Source: TPA_inf: Saccharomyces (lineage: Eukaryota). Taken from it: a stretch of 64,000 bases of DNA. This document shows, piece after piece, positions 1 through 11,936 of this stretch. Location of the stretch: contig BK006945.2 of NCBI GenBank assembly GCA_000146045.2, positions 736,001-800,000 of the forward strand, given 5' to 3'. The first letter of the stretch is position 1, and each line of letters begins with the position of its first letter. Position numbers and translations under genes: made by a program. The notes below the pieces were generated by a model that saw only the letters and a list, made by a program, of their open reading frames with translations, was not told the origin of the DNA and searched no databases.

Positions 1-1548
1 ACCATCCTTGTCCTTTAATTTGTCTGTTAGAGGGTTGAATCTCAAATCACCCGCAATGGCGAACGCAGTTACTAATTCTGGAGATGCAACAAAAGCATGA
101 GTTTGTGGGTTACCATCATTTCTAGAAGTGAAATTTCTGTTGTAAGAGGAAACGATAGTATTCTTGTCACCTTTCTTGATATCTCTACGATCCCATTGAC
201 CAATACATGGGCCACAGGCGTTTGCCAAAACGATACCACCAAATTCTTTGAAGGTTTCTAATTGGCCATCACGTTCAATAGTGGCTCTGATTTGTTCAGA
301 ACCTGGAGTAACAGTGAAAATGGTCTTGGATTTCAAACCATGAGCAGCAGCATCCTTGACAATGGATGCTGAACGAGACATATCTTCATAAGAGGAATTG
401 GTACAAGAACCGATCAAACCGACTCTGACATCCAATGGCCAGTTATTAGCAACAGCAACTTCCTTCATCTTAGAAACTGGAGTAGCCAAATCGGGGGTAA
501 ATGGCCCATTGATGTATGGTTCCAGAGTGTTCAAGTCAATTTCGACGACCTCATCGTATTCAGCATCCTTATCAGCAGATAATAGGTCCTTGTGGTATAA
601 TTTAGCAAAGTCAGCGATCTTACCACGACCAGTTGCTTCCAAATATTCAATCATAGATTTGTTGAATGGGAAAACAGATGTGGTAGCACCGATTTCAGCA
701 CCCATATTACAAATGGTACCCATACCAGTAGCGGAGAAGGTGTCAACACCATCACCGAAATATTCAACAATTTTACCAGTACCACCTTTGACAGTTGTGA
801 TACCAGCCAATTTCAAAATAATATCCTTTGGAGAAGTCCAACCGTTCATCTTACCAGTCAACTTAACACCTAAGATCTTTGGAGCCTTCAATTCCCATGG
901 ACGACCTGCCATAACATCAACGGCATCAGCACCACCAACACCAATAGCCAATTGACCTAAACCACCAGCATTTGGTGTATGGGAGTCAGTACCAATGATC
1001 AAAGCACCTGGGAAAGCGTAGTTTTCCAGAACAATTTGGTGAATGATACCGGAACCTGGCTTCCAGAAACCCATGTTATATTTCGCAGTGGCAGAGGCCA
1101 AGAAATCATAAACTTCCTTGTTTAGATCTATAGCTCTCTTCAAATCTTTTTCACCACCAACTTGTGCTTGAATCAAATGGTCACAGTGGACAGTGACTGG
1201 CTTAGCAACCTGTGGTAAACCAGCGGACATAAATTGTAAAATAGCCATTTGAGCAGTAGCATCTTGACAGGCAACACGATCTGGTCTTAATTTTAGGTAT
1301 GAAACACCTCTCTGAATATCTTGACCATGAGGGTCATCCAAGTGACCGTACAAAATCTTTTCCGCGTAGGTAAATGGCCTGTTTAATCTTTTTCTTACGA
1401 TATCCAGCGTTTCCACATTCTGCTTGTAGTTAATAAAAGAATGATCTTCTAATAAGTTTTGGTTGACTTTTGAATCTCTAGTCAAGTTGGAGACTGTCGC
1501 AAGACCACGAACAATGGGTCTCTTGATGGCAGAACGTGCAGACAGCAT
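1..1548 (-). CDS. ACO1: Aconitase, 5' portion of the gene. The N-terminus [30 protein letters not shown] is encoded from the ATG at 1548..1546. The CDS runs off the window start, so its 3' part is missing.
   Basis: Minus-strand reading frame is open from 1548 to position 1. The translated mitochondrial presequence plus mature N-terminus matches yeast aconitase. Position upstream of STT4 fits the YLR304C/YLR305C pair. The 185-aa plus-strand ORF at 398..955 is antisense to it. Confidence 0.88.
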   Translation of the reverse strand, partial: MLSARSAIKRPIVRGLATVSNLTRDSKVNQNLLEDHSFINYKQNVETLDIVRKRLNRPFTYAEKILYGHLDDPHGQDIQRGVSYLKLRPDRVACQDATAQMAILQFMSAGLPQVAKPVTVHCDHLIQAQVGGEKDLKRAIDLNKEVYDFLASATAKYNMGFWKPGSGIIHQIVLENYAFPGALIIGTDSHTPNAGGLGQLAIGVGGADAVDVMAGRPWELKAPKILGVKLTGKMNGWTSPKDIILKLAGITTVKGGTGKIVEYFGDGVDTFSATGMGTICNMGAEIGATTSVFPFNKSMIEYLEATGRGKIADFAKLYHKDLLSADKDAEYDEVVEIDLNTLEPYINGPFTPDLATPVSKMKEVAVANNWPLDVRVGLIGSCTNSSYEDMSRSASIVKDAAAHGLKSKTIFTVTPGSEQIRATIERDGQLETFKEFGGIVLANACGPCIGQWDRRDIKKGDKNTIVSSYNRNFTSRNDGNPQTHAFVASPELVTAFAIAGDLRFNPLTDKLKDKDG

Positions 1549-1831
1549 TGTATATCTATAGTAATAATGGTAGTATTTATTACCTTCGTTCTACTATGTA
1601 ATAACTAAGAAAGAGTGAACAGAACAAGGGACAACGGAATTAAGCAACATACTCCTCCTAATTAACCTCTAAAACCGGAAGATTATATATATAACAAAAG
1701 ATTTTCCTTGTCCTCCCTTTTTGTGCTTGCCTTTCCGAAAACCGGCAGCGATTGGAGGTTTGATGGTTAAAGTCGCCTGCGGAGAACAACTGAAGGGTTC
1801 AAATTTTTCTCGTATGCACTAATTTCTCTAT

Positions 1832-2000
1832 TGATTGGTCAGGACCTTTGCCGATTTCGGCGCCGAAATGCTCGAAAAACAAAGGGTATTGCCCGGCCCC
1901 GCGGACCTCCCTTTTGCGGCTCTCGGCCATTTTTTAGGTAATTTGACACCGTGCCCAAATGGCTTGGCACAATCGAGAATCAGGCACCCGCGTGTGACCG
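1832..2000. promoter_or_regulatory. ACO1 promoter elements: a CCAAT (Hap2/3/4/5) site and an R-box GTCAC (Rtg1/Rtg3) site.
   Basis: TGATTGG at 1832..1838 is the reverse complement of CCAATCA. GTGAC at 1994..1998 is the reverse complement of GTCAC, inside the GC-rich CGCGTGTGACCGGCG. Both lie 280 to 450 bp upstream of the ACO1 ATG. ACO1 is a known HAP- and RTG-regulated tricarboxylic-acid cycle gene. Confidence 0.45.
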
Positions 2001-2160
2001 GCGTCATTCATTAAAGCCAGATAAGACAAAGTAAAATACAATGGATTATGATTAATACAATGATATACAAAAAGAGAGAAAATAAACGAAGGCTACGTCT
2101 GCGTAATTGACGATGGGAAACTGGTATTTTTATATAAGCATATGTAAAGTGCGAAGTATA

Positions 2161-5100
2161 TCAGTACGGAATGCCATTTGTGAGCCTTTGGAATTCATCA
2201 TAACCTTTAGTGAATATACTTTCATAACTTTTACGGATTAGCGCCTTCATATATAGTGCAGCTTCGTGATCGGTTTTTTGAGGTTGAAATCTTGCTCTTA
2301 GATTCCTAATTGTCTTGTGACCCTTAAAGCAGGGGAGACCGCTTCCTAACATAGGATTTACACACTCAATTATGGCCTCCACGTGCGGACGGGCGGCTAG
2401 ATATGCCTTGATACAAAGTTCTTCAAAGTCCAGATACGCTGGGGTCTGGGGCGAACCTCCCATCACTTTAACCATTTCTTTCGTCAGCTTGAATGGTACT
2501 GCTTCAAACTTGATACCACCTGGGACAATATCAAAAATAAACCCAAAATCGATATGTAGACAATGTCCTTGATCATCGTACATAATGTTACCATTATGTC
2601 TATCCTTGAATTGCAACAAATACGAAATTACGCTATATCCCGCTAAGGATTTAACAAAGTTGTTTCGTGCGTTTTGAAATTCGATAGTAGATTCATTACC
2701 AAATTTACTAGTGAAATATTCATATAATCCATTAACAGCTTCACGTCCTAACATATCACGGGATACCGAATTGGGTAGCACATCGATGACACCACAACCC
2801 GGTGCCGTCGCAGTAACTCTGTAGGGAAAAACGTAGACATCCAAGCCAATACTAGACCAAATGGTTCTAAATAGCGAGATCAATTGTAACGCTAGAACAT
2901 CTTGCCTACAGTCATCACCGACTTTGAAGATAGCAGCTTGCCATTTTTCAACTTCCTTGTTTTTACCTGTCAAAGGATCTTTTACGTCTTTCTTTATTTT
3001 AAAGGTCGCCATAAAAGGCGCCTTTGCGTGAGATTGAAGTGGCTTACCACTCTTCCGATCAATATCAATAACTACACCGTCAGGATTAGAAGGTAAATAA
3101 ACATCAGGTTTCACCTCAATTTTGCTCATTTCTTCATCGATCTTATGTTTCTTTTCAGCCTTACTTTTTTTTATGTATGGTTTCAACTTACCAGATATGC
3201 CAGTTACTTCGTCGAAGAATTCAAATTCACGTTCGTAAAAATCGCGATGAGATTGGCTGAAACTTGAAACCATACGCTCCCTAATACGATCTAGAGTTGG
3301 TTTGATTTCATCTTCTTGTATACCTTCATCATCCTTGTAGCAGTTTGCAAGCATATTCCAGATTATTTGATGAGAAAATAACACACTAATTTTCGCAGTA
3401 TCCAAAATCAATCTTTCGACATATCCGGTTTTATCGTATCTCAAACATTGTACGATTTGAGGAACATAGAAGAATGCCAAGTTCACATCTTGTGATTCCA
3501 ACGAATATATGCTGAATTGTAAGATAAAAGAATTACCTTGCCATTCGGGAAGGAAAAGGTTGATAGATTTTAACGGGCTCACTGGCGCCCAGTATAAGGT
3601 TGCGTGTAGGTCTTTCTTACTGCTCAGGTGGCTTCCTTTTATGAACAGGTCAAGAGCACTTGGGGACCCCACACACATTAAAGCATGTTTTGCAACTAAG
3701 CCCACTAAAACATCCTCAGCTTTCTTGCTATAACATCGTTGTAAGAGATTTATTGCTAATGTTGGATCTTTAGCAAAGGTAGCTTCAACGATATCGCTTG
3801 TAAGCTCGTTGCTGTCGGCTCCTTCAATCTTCTCAGTCGGAGTAAGCCAGGTTTGAATCTGCTGGATTTCGCTTGCCAAGAAATAGTTCAGGATCTTGTA
3901 ATCTTTCCCGCAATGACGTGACATTAGCGAGCTTAATTTGTTGAGCTGAAGGAAAAGGTCCCTAGTAACAGATAAATCTGCTTTGATTTTCAGCTCATTT
4001 GAGCCGAATGGCCACGCTACTGGTCTTTTAAACCAACTTAGGGCACCGTTTGTGATTTCTTGCGACAAACGGCCCATATACTTGGATCCCTGCTTATAAC
4101 TTGCGTTTAGTACGAGAGTCGCGAATAACAATAATTCGTGGCGAATCATTCTAGCGAACGGGTGTAGTGAAGCCTTATACAGATTCTTGATACCATAAAG
4201 CGCACATTTCGTGAAAATTTTCAATAAAAAGTCACTTTGAAATAGTGTGCCCTCGAAATGGGAAGCAAAAAATTTAATAACATGAAGATGTGGTTGCATA
4301 GCTTGGGATGCATTTTTTGCATCTCTGTTGATACCTGCTTTGTCGTAAGGGGAATATTCCATTTTTTGGTATTCTTCGCCCTTTAAGTCATGATCGCGAG
4401 AATAGAGACCAATATTGTCATCAATGGAGCGCATCCAGCAATAGCATACTTCAACTAAAAGCAAATGTGCAACTTCGGGCTTCTCAGTTATGATTGTTAA
4501 CCATACGTTTGTAGCAATCTTTAAAGATGCAGAGGTGAAGACTTCGAACGGGATGTGCACAATATCATATATCAATGACGCTGGTGCACCATTGCCAAGA
4601 ATTAACAACGCGGTAGCCATATCAAGAAAATCAGTTACGTCTTTAGTTATAATCTTATTTCCTAAGGTCAAATTTTTTCTTATGTTTTGAGTGGAAATAC
4701 CTATTTGCCTTTTGATATCCTCTGGTGATGATGTAATAGCGGTATCGAAAAGATATTTTGACCTCCAAGAATGTAAAGATATAAATCCAGAAATCGTGTT
4801 AGGTTTCTCTGGACCATAATAAGTAAGCCTTGATAATTCCTTATCTGCAGGTAAAATCAAACCAGCCATATCCATGGCAAATGAGACACCAAATTCAACA
4901 GAATTTAGCCTGCTGTACTCACCGAGATCTGATATGTATGATTGCAACAAAATCTTAGTATCCTGGTTGCTTCTATTCAATAGAATTCTTACCCATTCTT
5001 TAGCTGACTTGTGCAATCTTGATAGTGTCGTAGCGCGCCAGGACGATGAGCTTGGAACCAATATTGTTGTCTTAGAATGTTTTAATTTAAATTCATACCG

Positions 5101-7863
5101 TGGTTCAAATTTATGCGCCTCTGAGTCCAAGATACTATCAAATAGGGCTGTTAACATATCTAATAAGGTGTAGAGAGACAAATGATGACATAACGATGAT
5201 GGAATAGATCTGATAAATATTTCACAGGCATGAAAAGCGGCATCCTGCAAAGTTGGTTCCCTATGAGAAAGGCAAAGTAGCAAGTTATTAAGTTGTTGAG
5301 CAATCATTTTGGAGTTGAATATGGCATCGTTACCCTTTTGAATCAACCTAGCATATTTTCTAATCATGGAAACCGACAAAACTGCAATACACTTCTCAAT
5401 TGAACCGGAAAGAATGGAGGGGTCTGAGAAGTACAGTAGAGTCTTCGAACAATCACCTGCCTCGCATCTTATCGTTTCTAGAAGAACGGCAGCCGCTAAA
5501 AACATGATTTTAGACGATGAAGTTGTTCTGTACTGAACAATATTGGTATTGAAATATTCGGTTATCTGCTGTTTTTGTTGTTTGATATTTTCGTTAGATG
5601 AACCGCGGCGCAAAATTGTATTCATTTCCAATGAAAGCTCCTTGTTATTAGCAGGAAATTCAGAAGCCAGCGGTGGTGAATTATAGGCAATAGTTAATAA
5701 GAAAGAAAAATTTCGTTTGACAATAGGCCCGCCCAAGTGGTACCCATGGATGACAAAATTAAACCAGGCGTTCCTAAACTTGTTTGTAGTGACTTCATCC
5801 TTATTGATGTCCAATGGCGTATCGCCTGGAACAGGTAGTAGAGCGGCGAGGGGCTCTAAGTAGGTAGCGATTTGATCAGCAACACGGGAAATCTCCGTTT
5901 GAGGTCTGTGATGTTCCAATCGTTCTACTTCCCCACTGGCAATGATTGAGTCCAATAGATCATGAAGATACATGAAATATAAGTCACTTGAAAAATGCCT
6001 GGCCAACAATTCTTTTGATATCACACATTTCGCTTTAATAATATTTTTCAATAGTGCGCTATCATCAATTTTTGTTGCAATAACAGTTCTCGATTTGAAG
6101 AACTTTAGTAAAAGCGAAAATTCTGTCAGTGAAGTATTCGGAGCCAGTCTTGCCAAAGAATTCAAAATAACACCGTCTAATTCCTTTGACATAGAATTAA
6201 CTTTTTGCGTAAGAATAGAGATAGTCAAAGCTGTTATGCTTTGGGTGTTATAGTATGAGGCGATTGTAGTCGTTGCAGCCACACAATTAGATATCAAAGA
6301 GGCATGGTATGTCATAGTAGCTCCACTATTGACATCATGGGAGGAAAGTTGGCCCACAGTTGTATTTCCGAGCAGAGCACCAGTGCCATCCAAACTGGCA
6401 GATGAATTTCGCAAGGGAAAGTAGTCTTTCTCAATATTTTTTCCAGATGTTATTGTTAATTGGCGCTCACGGAGCACCGGGACGGGCGATCCGTCCTCGG
6501 AAACAGCTAATAAGTTGTTCATGGAATAAATTGTACTCACAATTGCATCTTCATTTAGAGGGTATAACCCTGTGGTGAATATTTTTGCAACATCATTAAC
6601 TGTTTCAGTCGTGATATGTGGAGACGCTACCAATAAAGGAAACATACGAATCAGAGTTAATGACAATTTTTCCGTGAAAAAATTCAGTAATGAGGCAGAA
6701 GCTACAATTGCTTTTATCAAAGATGGTGTAACGACATCAGATAAGAAAAATTTATCAATAGATTCAGAAACAACGTTTGTAAAACTTTCAAAAAGCTCGC
6801 TTTCTGTATCTTCTATAAACGGAATTAAACATAGCGTTTGTAGGTAGTGGGCTCGAGTATCAAAAGAAAATCTTGCACGGTTGTCTGTAGATAGGTCGAG
6901 AATATGTGACTCAGAACAAAATTGCAGGGAAATTTTACACATGTCTGTAAAAAACTGTTTATTGCTTCTTACGTTGAAAAAAAAGTCATCAATACACTTC
7001 GTATCATCGTTTTCATCGGCTACTTCTTGATCAAATTTGTAAAATTGGTATTGTTGATTTAGTAAGAACTCACTCAAGTTGGCGCCGACATGTGAAGTGT
7101 TTAACAGATGAGATATTAGCGAAACTTGCAAGCGAGATATTAATTCCAATAAGTAGGCACTGGATAGCTCATTTCCAGCATCGTAATACTGGACGATTGA
7201 ATCATTGGTAAACGTTGCTGAGGAATTCAAAATCTTATCAACTTCGTTTAGAAATGATCCACGAAGCACAAGTTTCGCTAACTTTTTCCAGGTGAATTTA
7301 GTAAGCTCTGTAGAGTTGGGAAACTGGATAAATGCATTAATAAAGCCCACTAATGATAGTAGACCAGATTGTTTAATAGTAAAAATCTTTAATACACGCT
7401 CAAAATAAGTTGAAATGATGCCGCCTATATTTTCATAAAGAACGGGATACTGTTCACAAGCTTGAATCATAAACTTAGTCAGCTGGAAAGTTAGCAATTC
7501 AATCGGATTTCTCATCTGTTCCAACTTGAATTTCGAGGACAGAACATCTGAAATTCTTTGTCTTGGAGTTTCCAGAAAATAAGGCGCAATTATTTCTTTA
7601 AGCATTGTCTCTACCAGATCGAGCGTGGTAGGGATTGCAACACAAAGCGAAGTTAGTACTTCCCATTCACTCAATGTAAGTGGTATAGTATATATCTTTG
7701 ACGTATTTGTGGAATAAAAAATAGGCAATGTATGAGTTATCAAATCTAATGTTGTACCATTACTGTTTTGATCATTTGGTGCACCCGTCGAAAGTTTAGT
7801 TAGTCTTCCAATAGCTTTCGCTCTTAAAGATGAAGAGGCTTTCAATCCTCTGGTAAATCTCAT
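2161..7863 (-). CDS. STT4: Phosphatidylinositol 4-kinase Stt4, 1900 aa.
   Basis: The ORF track gives a 1935-aa frame. The first in-frame ATG at 7863 (MRFTRGLKASSS...) gives 1900 aa. The C-terminal PI3/PI4-kinase catalytic motifs GDRHNGNIMYDDQGHCLHIDFGFIFD are present. Confidence 0.95.
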   Translation of the reverse strand: MRFTRGLKASSSLRAKAIGRLTKLSTGAPNDQNSNGTTLDLITHTLPIFYSTNTSKIYTIPLTLSEWEVLTSLCVAIPTTLDLVETMLKEIIAPYFLETPRQRISDVLSSKFKLEQMRNPIELLTFQLTKFMIQACEQYPVLYENIGGIISTYFERVLKIFTIKQSGLLSLVGFINAFIQFPNSTELTKFTWKKLAKLVLRGSFLNEVDKILNSSATFTNDSIVQYYDAGNELSSAYLLELISRLQVSLISHLLNTSHVGANLSEFLLNQQYQFYKFDQEVADENDDTKCIDDFFFNVRSNKQFFTDMCKISLQFCSESHILDLSTDNRARFSFDTRAHYLQTLCLIPFIEDTESELFESFTNVVSESIDKFFLSDVVTPSLIKAIVASASLLNFFTEKLSLTLIRMFPLLVASPHITTETVNDVAKIFTTGLYPLNEDAIVSTIYSMNNLLAVSEDGSPVPVLRERQLTITSGKNIEKDYFPLRNSSASLDGTGALLGNTTVGQLSSHDVNSGATMTYHASLISNCVAATTTIASYYNTQSITALTISILTQKVNSMSKELDGVILNSLARLAPNTSLTEFSLLLKFFKSRTVIATKIDDSALLKNIIKAKCVISKELLARHFSSDLYFMYLHDLLDSIIASGEVERLEHHRPQTEISRVADQIATYLEPLAALLPVPGDTPLDINKDEVTTNKFRNAWFNFVIHGYHLGGPIVKRNFSFLLTIAYNSPPLASEFPANNKELSLEMNTILRRGSSNENIKQQKQQITEYFNTNIVQYRTTSSSKIMFLAAAVLLETIRCEAGDCSKTLLYFSDPSILSGSIEKCIAVLSVSMIRKYARLIQKGNDAIFNSKMIAQQLNNLLLCLSHREPTLQDAAFHACEIFIRSIPSSLCHHLSLYTLLDMLTALFDSILDSEAHKFEPRYEFKLKHSKTTILVPSSSSWRATTLSRLHKSAKEWVRILLNRSNQDTKILLQSYISDLGEYSRLNSVEFGVSFAMDMAGLILPADKELSRLTYYGPEKPNTISGFISLHSWRSKYLFDTAITSSPEDIKRQIGISTQNIRKNLTLGNKIITKDVTDFLDMATALLILGNGAPASLIYDIVHIPFEVFTSASLKIATNVWLTIITEKPEVAHLLLVEVCYCWMRSIDDNIGLYSRDHDLKGEEYQKMEYSPYDKAGINRDAKNASQAMQPHLHVIKFFASHFEGTLFQSDFLLKIFTKCALYGIKNLYKASLHPFARMIRHELLLFATLVLNASYKQGSKYMGRLSQEITNGALSWFKRPVAWPFGSNELKIKADLSVTRDLFLQLNKLSSLMSRHCGKDYKILNYFLASEIQQIQTWLTPTEKIEGADSNELTSDIVEATFAKDPTLAINLLQRCYSKKAEDVLVGLVAKHALMCVGSPSALDLFIKGSHLSSKKDLHATLYWAPVSPLKSINLFLPEWQGNSFILQFSIYSLESQDVNLAFFYVPQIVQCLRYDKTGYVERLILDTAKISVLFSHQIIWNMLANCYKDDEGIQEDEIKPTLDRIRERMVSSFSQSHRDFYEREFEFFDEVTGISGKLKPYIKKSKAEKKHKIDEEMSKIEVKPDVYLPSNPDGVVIDIDRKSGKPLQSHAKAPFMATFKIKKDVKDPLTGKNKEVEKWQAAIFKVGDDCRQDVLALQLISLFRTIWSSIGLDVYVFPYRVTATAPGCGVIDVLPNSVSRDMLGREAVNGLYEYFTSKFGNESTIEFQNARNNFVKSLAGYSVISYLLQFKDRHNGNIMYDDQGHCLHIDFGFIFDIVPGGIKFEAVPFKLTKEMVKVMGGSPQTPAYLDFEELCIKAYLAARPHVEAIIECVNPMLGSGLPCFKGHKTIRNLRARFQPQKTDHEAALYMKALIRKSYESIFTKGYDEFQRLTNGIPY

Positions 7864-8150
7864 CTGCCTTAAACGAGTGGCGTTTTCGATTGCTGTAGTT
7901 ATCTTTTTGTGATCTAATTTTTTTCTTGATTTACAATAGTTATTAATGTTGAATATGTTTTTTCCCACAACTCAAACATCTTCGCAGTATTCTTGAAAAA
8001 AAAAAATACTATTAACGTACCTTCATCCCTGCGCGTGCCGTTTGATGATATCAGCCAAAAGGTAAAATGAGATGAAAAAGGCCAATCATTCATAAATGTA
8101 CTTAGAGACATTAAAGAATCAGTTAGAGAATATAAAACAAGATAATAAAA

Positions 8151-8851
8151 ATGGTACGTAGATGCAACTATATCTTTCCGTTTCTCATTGGCGGTTTTTA
8201 GCGATCGAAAATACTAACATAATCTTTTTGGGGGGTGAGAATGTATATGTGTACTGGATATGTATATTCTTGGCTTTATTCAAATAGTTGAAATTACGCC
8301 AATTACAAAAGAAAAAGCAAAAAGAAAATGAAAACAGCAGTTCTATTCAGCCTAATTTATCGGCAGCAAGAATTCGTTTGAAAAGGGACCTTGATTCGCT
8401 GGACCTCCCACCAACAGTGACTTTGAATGTAATAACATCACCAGATAGTGCGGATAGATCACAATCGCCGAAATTGGAGGTAATTGTTAGGCCTGATGAA
8501 GGATATTATAATTATGGATCTATTAATTTCAATTTGGATTTTAACGAAGTTTATCCGATTGAACCACCAAAAGTTGTATGTTTGAAGAAGATCTTTCATC
8601 CAAATATCGATTTAAAGGGGAACGTTTGCCTAAATATTCTTCGAGAAGACTGGTCGCCAGCTCTAGATTTGCAGAGTATTATAACCGGGCTTCTTTTCTT
8701 GTTCTTGGAGCCTAATCCCAATGACCCGTTAAACAAGGATGCAGCAAAGTTACTGTGTGAGGGTGAGAAAGAATTTGCTGAAGCTGTGAGATTGACCATG
8801 TCTGGAGGTTCAATTGAACATGTCAAATATGATAACATAGTTTCTCCTTGA
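8151..8851 (+). CDS. UBC12: NEDD8 (Rub1)-conjugating E2 Ubc12, 188 aa. It is spliced as join(8151..8153,8288..8851), so exon 1 is only the ATG.
   Basis: ATG at 8151 is followed directly by GTACGT (a variant 5' splice site), then TACTAAC at 8212..8218 and a 3' splice site CAAATAG at 8281..8287. Exon 2 begins TTG AAA TTA CGC = LKLR, giving MLKLRQLQKKK... with the UBC fold (HPNIDLKGNVCLNIL). Confidence 0.9.
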
Positions 8852-9619
8852 GTCAAGTTCAGAGTAATTTTCGGTTGATTTGATTATATATAAACAATAA
8901 AATTATAGATAATTGTGACATACTAGGCGAGTTGTCGCCTTGGTAACATCTTGCTACCGCCATCTTCTGTTAGTTTACGCCTTATGACCAACATTCCTTA
9001 TATTCTCGTTCAAACTTTTGTCTCGATATTTTGCAGGTACCTGTAGAACTTAATGTGTTCTATTCAAAATAAGTATAAAATTTCTGGCCAGTAAAGGCAA
9101 ACAAAACATAAAGATATTAATACGAAAAATTTCTTGAAGAAAACAAAAAATACTTCTTATAATAAAGAAACAGCGAAGCCATGGCTATTGACAAGATAAT
9201 CAGGAAGGTGAGATACCCTGGATAGAAGACTAAGAGAGAGCAGGAAGTTGAAGAACGCAATCTCAGCTATCGCTAATTCTTACAAAAAATAAAGATATTA
9301 CAACTATGGAAGAAAAAAATGAATGACTATACTAGTTAGTAATATTTAACAAGATAACGCTTTCTATTTTCTGTAAAAAAAATTCTGTCTCATGCACTTG
9401 GAAGCAGCTTCAACATTTCTCTTTTCCAGATGTCACATTTTCCGGACCGGCCGTCATTCAATCGCAATTAAAAGAGAAAAATACCAACAAGTGGGTTGAT
9501 TTACTTTTGTGTTTTCAAAAAGACCAATAGTTCTAACAAAGTAGATGCTTAGAAGTAAGCAAAGTGGAATATAGAGAAACAAAATTAAGTGATAGATTTA
9601 CTTTTACACAAGAAAAGAG

Positions 9620-10525
9620 ATGAAAATTTTCAATACAATACAATCTGTGCTGTTCGCAGCATTTTTTCTAAAACAGGGAAATTGCCTTGCGTCAAATGGG
9701 AGTACCGCATTGATGGGGGAAGTAGATATGCAAACGCCCTTTCCAGAGTGGTTAACAGAATTTACTAATCTTACACAATGGCCTGGAATTGACCCACCTT
9801 ATATTCCGCTAGATTACATAAATCTTACTGAAGTGCCAGAATTAGATAGGTACTATCCTGGCCAGTGTCCCAAAATTTCTAGAGAGCAGTGCTCATTTGA
9901 CTGCTATAACTGCATCGATGTTGATGATGTAACTTCGTGTTTCAAACTTTCCCAAACATTTGACGACGGTCCGGCCCCGGCGACAGAGGCATTGCTCAAG
10001 AAATTGAGACAAAGAACCACTTTTTTTGTTCTGGGGATAAACACTGTTAATTATCCTGATATATATGAGCATATTTTAGAGAGGGGTCATTTGATTGGTA
10101 CACACACGTGGTCACATGAATTCTTGCCAAGTTTATCAAACGAAGAAATTGTAGCCCAAATTGAATGGTCAATTTGGGCTATGAATGCCACAGGCAAACA
10201 TTTCCCCAAGTATTTTAGGCCTCCATACGGTGCAATTGATAATAGGGTTAGAGCTATAGTAAAACAGTTTGGCCTAACGGTTGTCTTGTGGGATCTCGAT
10301 ACTTTTGATTGGAAATTAATCACTAATGATGATTTCAGAACAGAGGAAGAAATACTTATGGACATAAATACTTGGAAGGGAAAACGGAAAGGTTTGATCT
10401 TAGAGCACGATGGTGCACGAAGAACAGTTGAGGTTGCTATTAAAATCAACGAACTTATTGGTAGTGACCAATTGACAATTGCAGAATGTATTGGTGATAC
10501 AGACTACATCGAACGCTACGACTAG
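9620..10525 (+). CDS. CDA1: Chitin deacetylase Cda1, 301 aa, with signal peptide and NodB polysaccharide-deacetylase domain.
   Basis: ATG at 9620 and the TFDDGP NodB motif. It is paralogous and adjacent to CDA2. An MSE-like TTTTGTG motif sits about 110 bp upstream. Confidence 0.95.
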   Translation: MKIFNTIQSVLFAAFFLKQGNCLASNGSTALMGEVDMQTPFPEWLTEFTNLTQWPGIDPPYIPLDYINLTEVPELDRYYPGQCPKISREQCSFDCYNCIDVDDVTSCFKLSQTFDDGPAPATEALLKKLRQRTTFFVLGINTVNYPDIYEHILERGHLIGTHTWSHEFLPSLSNEEIVAQIEWSIWAMNATGKHFPKYFRPPYGAIDNRVRAIVKQFGLTVVLWDLDTFDWKLITNDDFRTEEEILMDINTWKGKRKGLILEHDGARRTVEVAIKINELIGSDQLTIAECIGDTDYIERYD

Positions 10526-10847
10526 AAGTAAGATTTCCGAGAAATAAAGTTTCTCTCTATATATCTTTGATCTCTTATTTAATTATTCAACTCGCAAAAA
10601 TAAAAAGAATATTTTGTTATTTCAAAAGTAAAAAAGTATGTATTAGAATAGAGGACATATATAAAAATCATATATATCGATGCTTGAATGTATAAGGAAA
10701 AGCGTCAAATTATGAACGGTAGGTACTTAGGATGCTGATGTCACATAAAGTCAGAGGGTATAACTTTAAAAAGTAATTTTTTAGAATCTTTTAGCGTCAA
10801 AACGTTACACGTACATTTGAACAGTGTTAAGAGTAGATTAATTCAAA

Positions 10848-11111
10848 TTATACTTTTACGTGCTCCGATACAGTCTCTACCTCTTCGTTGTCAGTGCAAA
10901 TAACAATTGGCTTATCATGAACTGTTCTTGGAGATGGAGAATATCCTTTCAGACTCGTAATATTGATGACGGTAGTTATTCTGCGACATTGAGTAGTACT
11001 AGCATCCCTTATAACCGGAATAGTTGTTGATGTAGGTGAACTTTTTGGGACATAACACTTGGCAGTTGTTTGCAAATTTTTTGTGATCATTGATATGTTT
11101 CTTAGTGACAT
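10848..11111 (-). CDS. Small 87-aa ORF between CDA1 and CDA2, consistent with the annotated small ORF YLR307C-A, function unknown.
   Basis: An ATG-initiated 87-codon frame in an otherwise stop-rich AT-rich spacer. No recognisable domain, so this is weak support. Confidence 0.35.
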   Translation of the reverse strand: MSLRNISMITKNLQTTAKCYVPKSSPTSTTIPVIRDASTTQCRRITTVINITSLKGYSPSPRTVHDKPIVICTDNEEVETVSEHVKV

Positions 11112-11936
11112 TTTTGATGCTATTGTTTTTATAGTGTAATTGCTATGAGTTTATTTTGTTGACAAGTATACTTGGCTGTCTTTTTTATATAATAACGAAA
11201 ATGTGTAGTGGAAAAGCAGGTGTGTTTTGTCTTATATCTTACAAACTATATAGGCTTATATAGTTTTTTTTCAAAGATTCTTATTACTGCACAAAAAAAA
11301 ATAAGATCCCAAATTGAACATTAACATTAGTCATATTCAGGGATGGCTCATCACGAACAGCAAACTGAATAATTTTCTTGTCTGCGTTCCTTTTTTTGTG
11401 CACCAATGGATGTAGTATGCGCACCTGATGCGCATAATAGATTGCAATTACACTGACTACAACTTACGTATATGCGTTTTTATTACTTTTCTATTGCAAC
11501 GGCCTAAAGGAATTCGATAAAAGAAAGAGTAGGCAAGATAAGCCTGAATTTGGCTTTCGGCTGTTATTTTTACTTCCGCTAAATTTTCTTTGTTCTTCCA
11601 TTGTTTTTTTGCCTTTGTGTTCTCCATTAATCCATCCAATTTTAATGTCGGATTAATGGAACTTTCTATTAACCCATAAATGCCACATAGTACGGCTGTA
11701 GCAGTGAAGGTTACAAAAGGACGGGTAACACATGAGAAACATGCGTCAGGGAACAAACTAGATATTTGATTTTGTGACGCAACGCAAAAATTACTGGCTA
11801 TTCTTTTGTAGTATTATCAAAATCCATTTAAAATATTCTCTCTCCTTCAGTAATCCTCTATTATTTATCAAAAACCCACAGTGGGTAAACAAACTGCAAA
11901 AGAGTTGTTATTATTTCTACGGATCGGCAATTGAAA

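Noticed and set aside
398-955. 185-aa plus-strand ORF
   Set aside because: It lies entirely antisense within the ACO1 coding sequence, whose minus-strand frame is open across it. No start context or motif supports it.
11457-11756. 99-aa minus-strand ORF upstream of CDA2
   Set aside because: It starts at a non-ATG (TTG) in the ORF track. The first in-frame ATG is far internal, and there is no conservation signal or motif.
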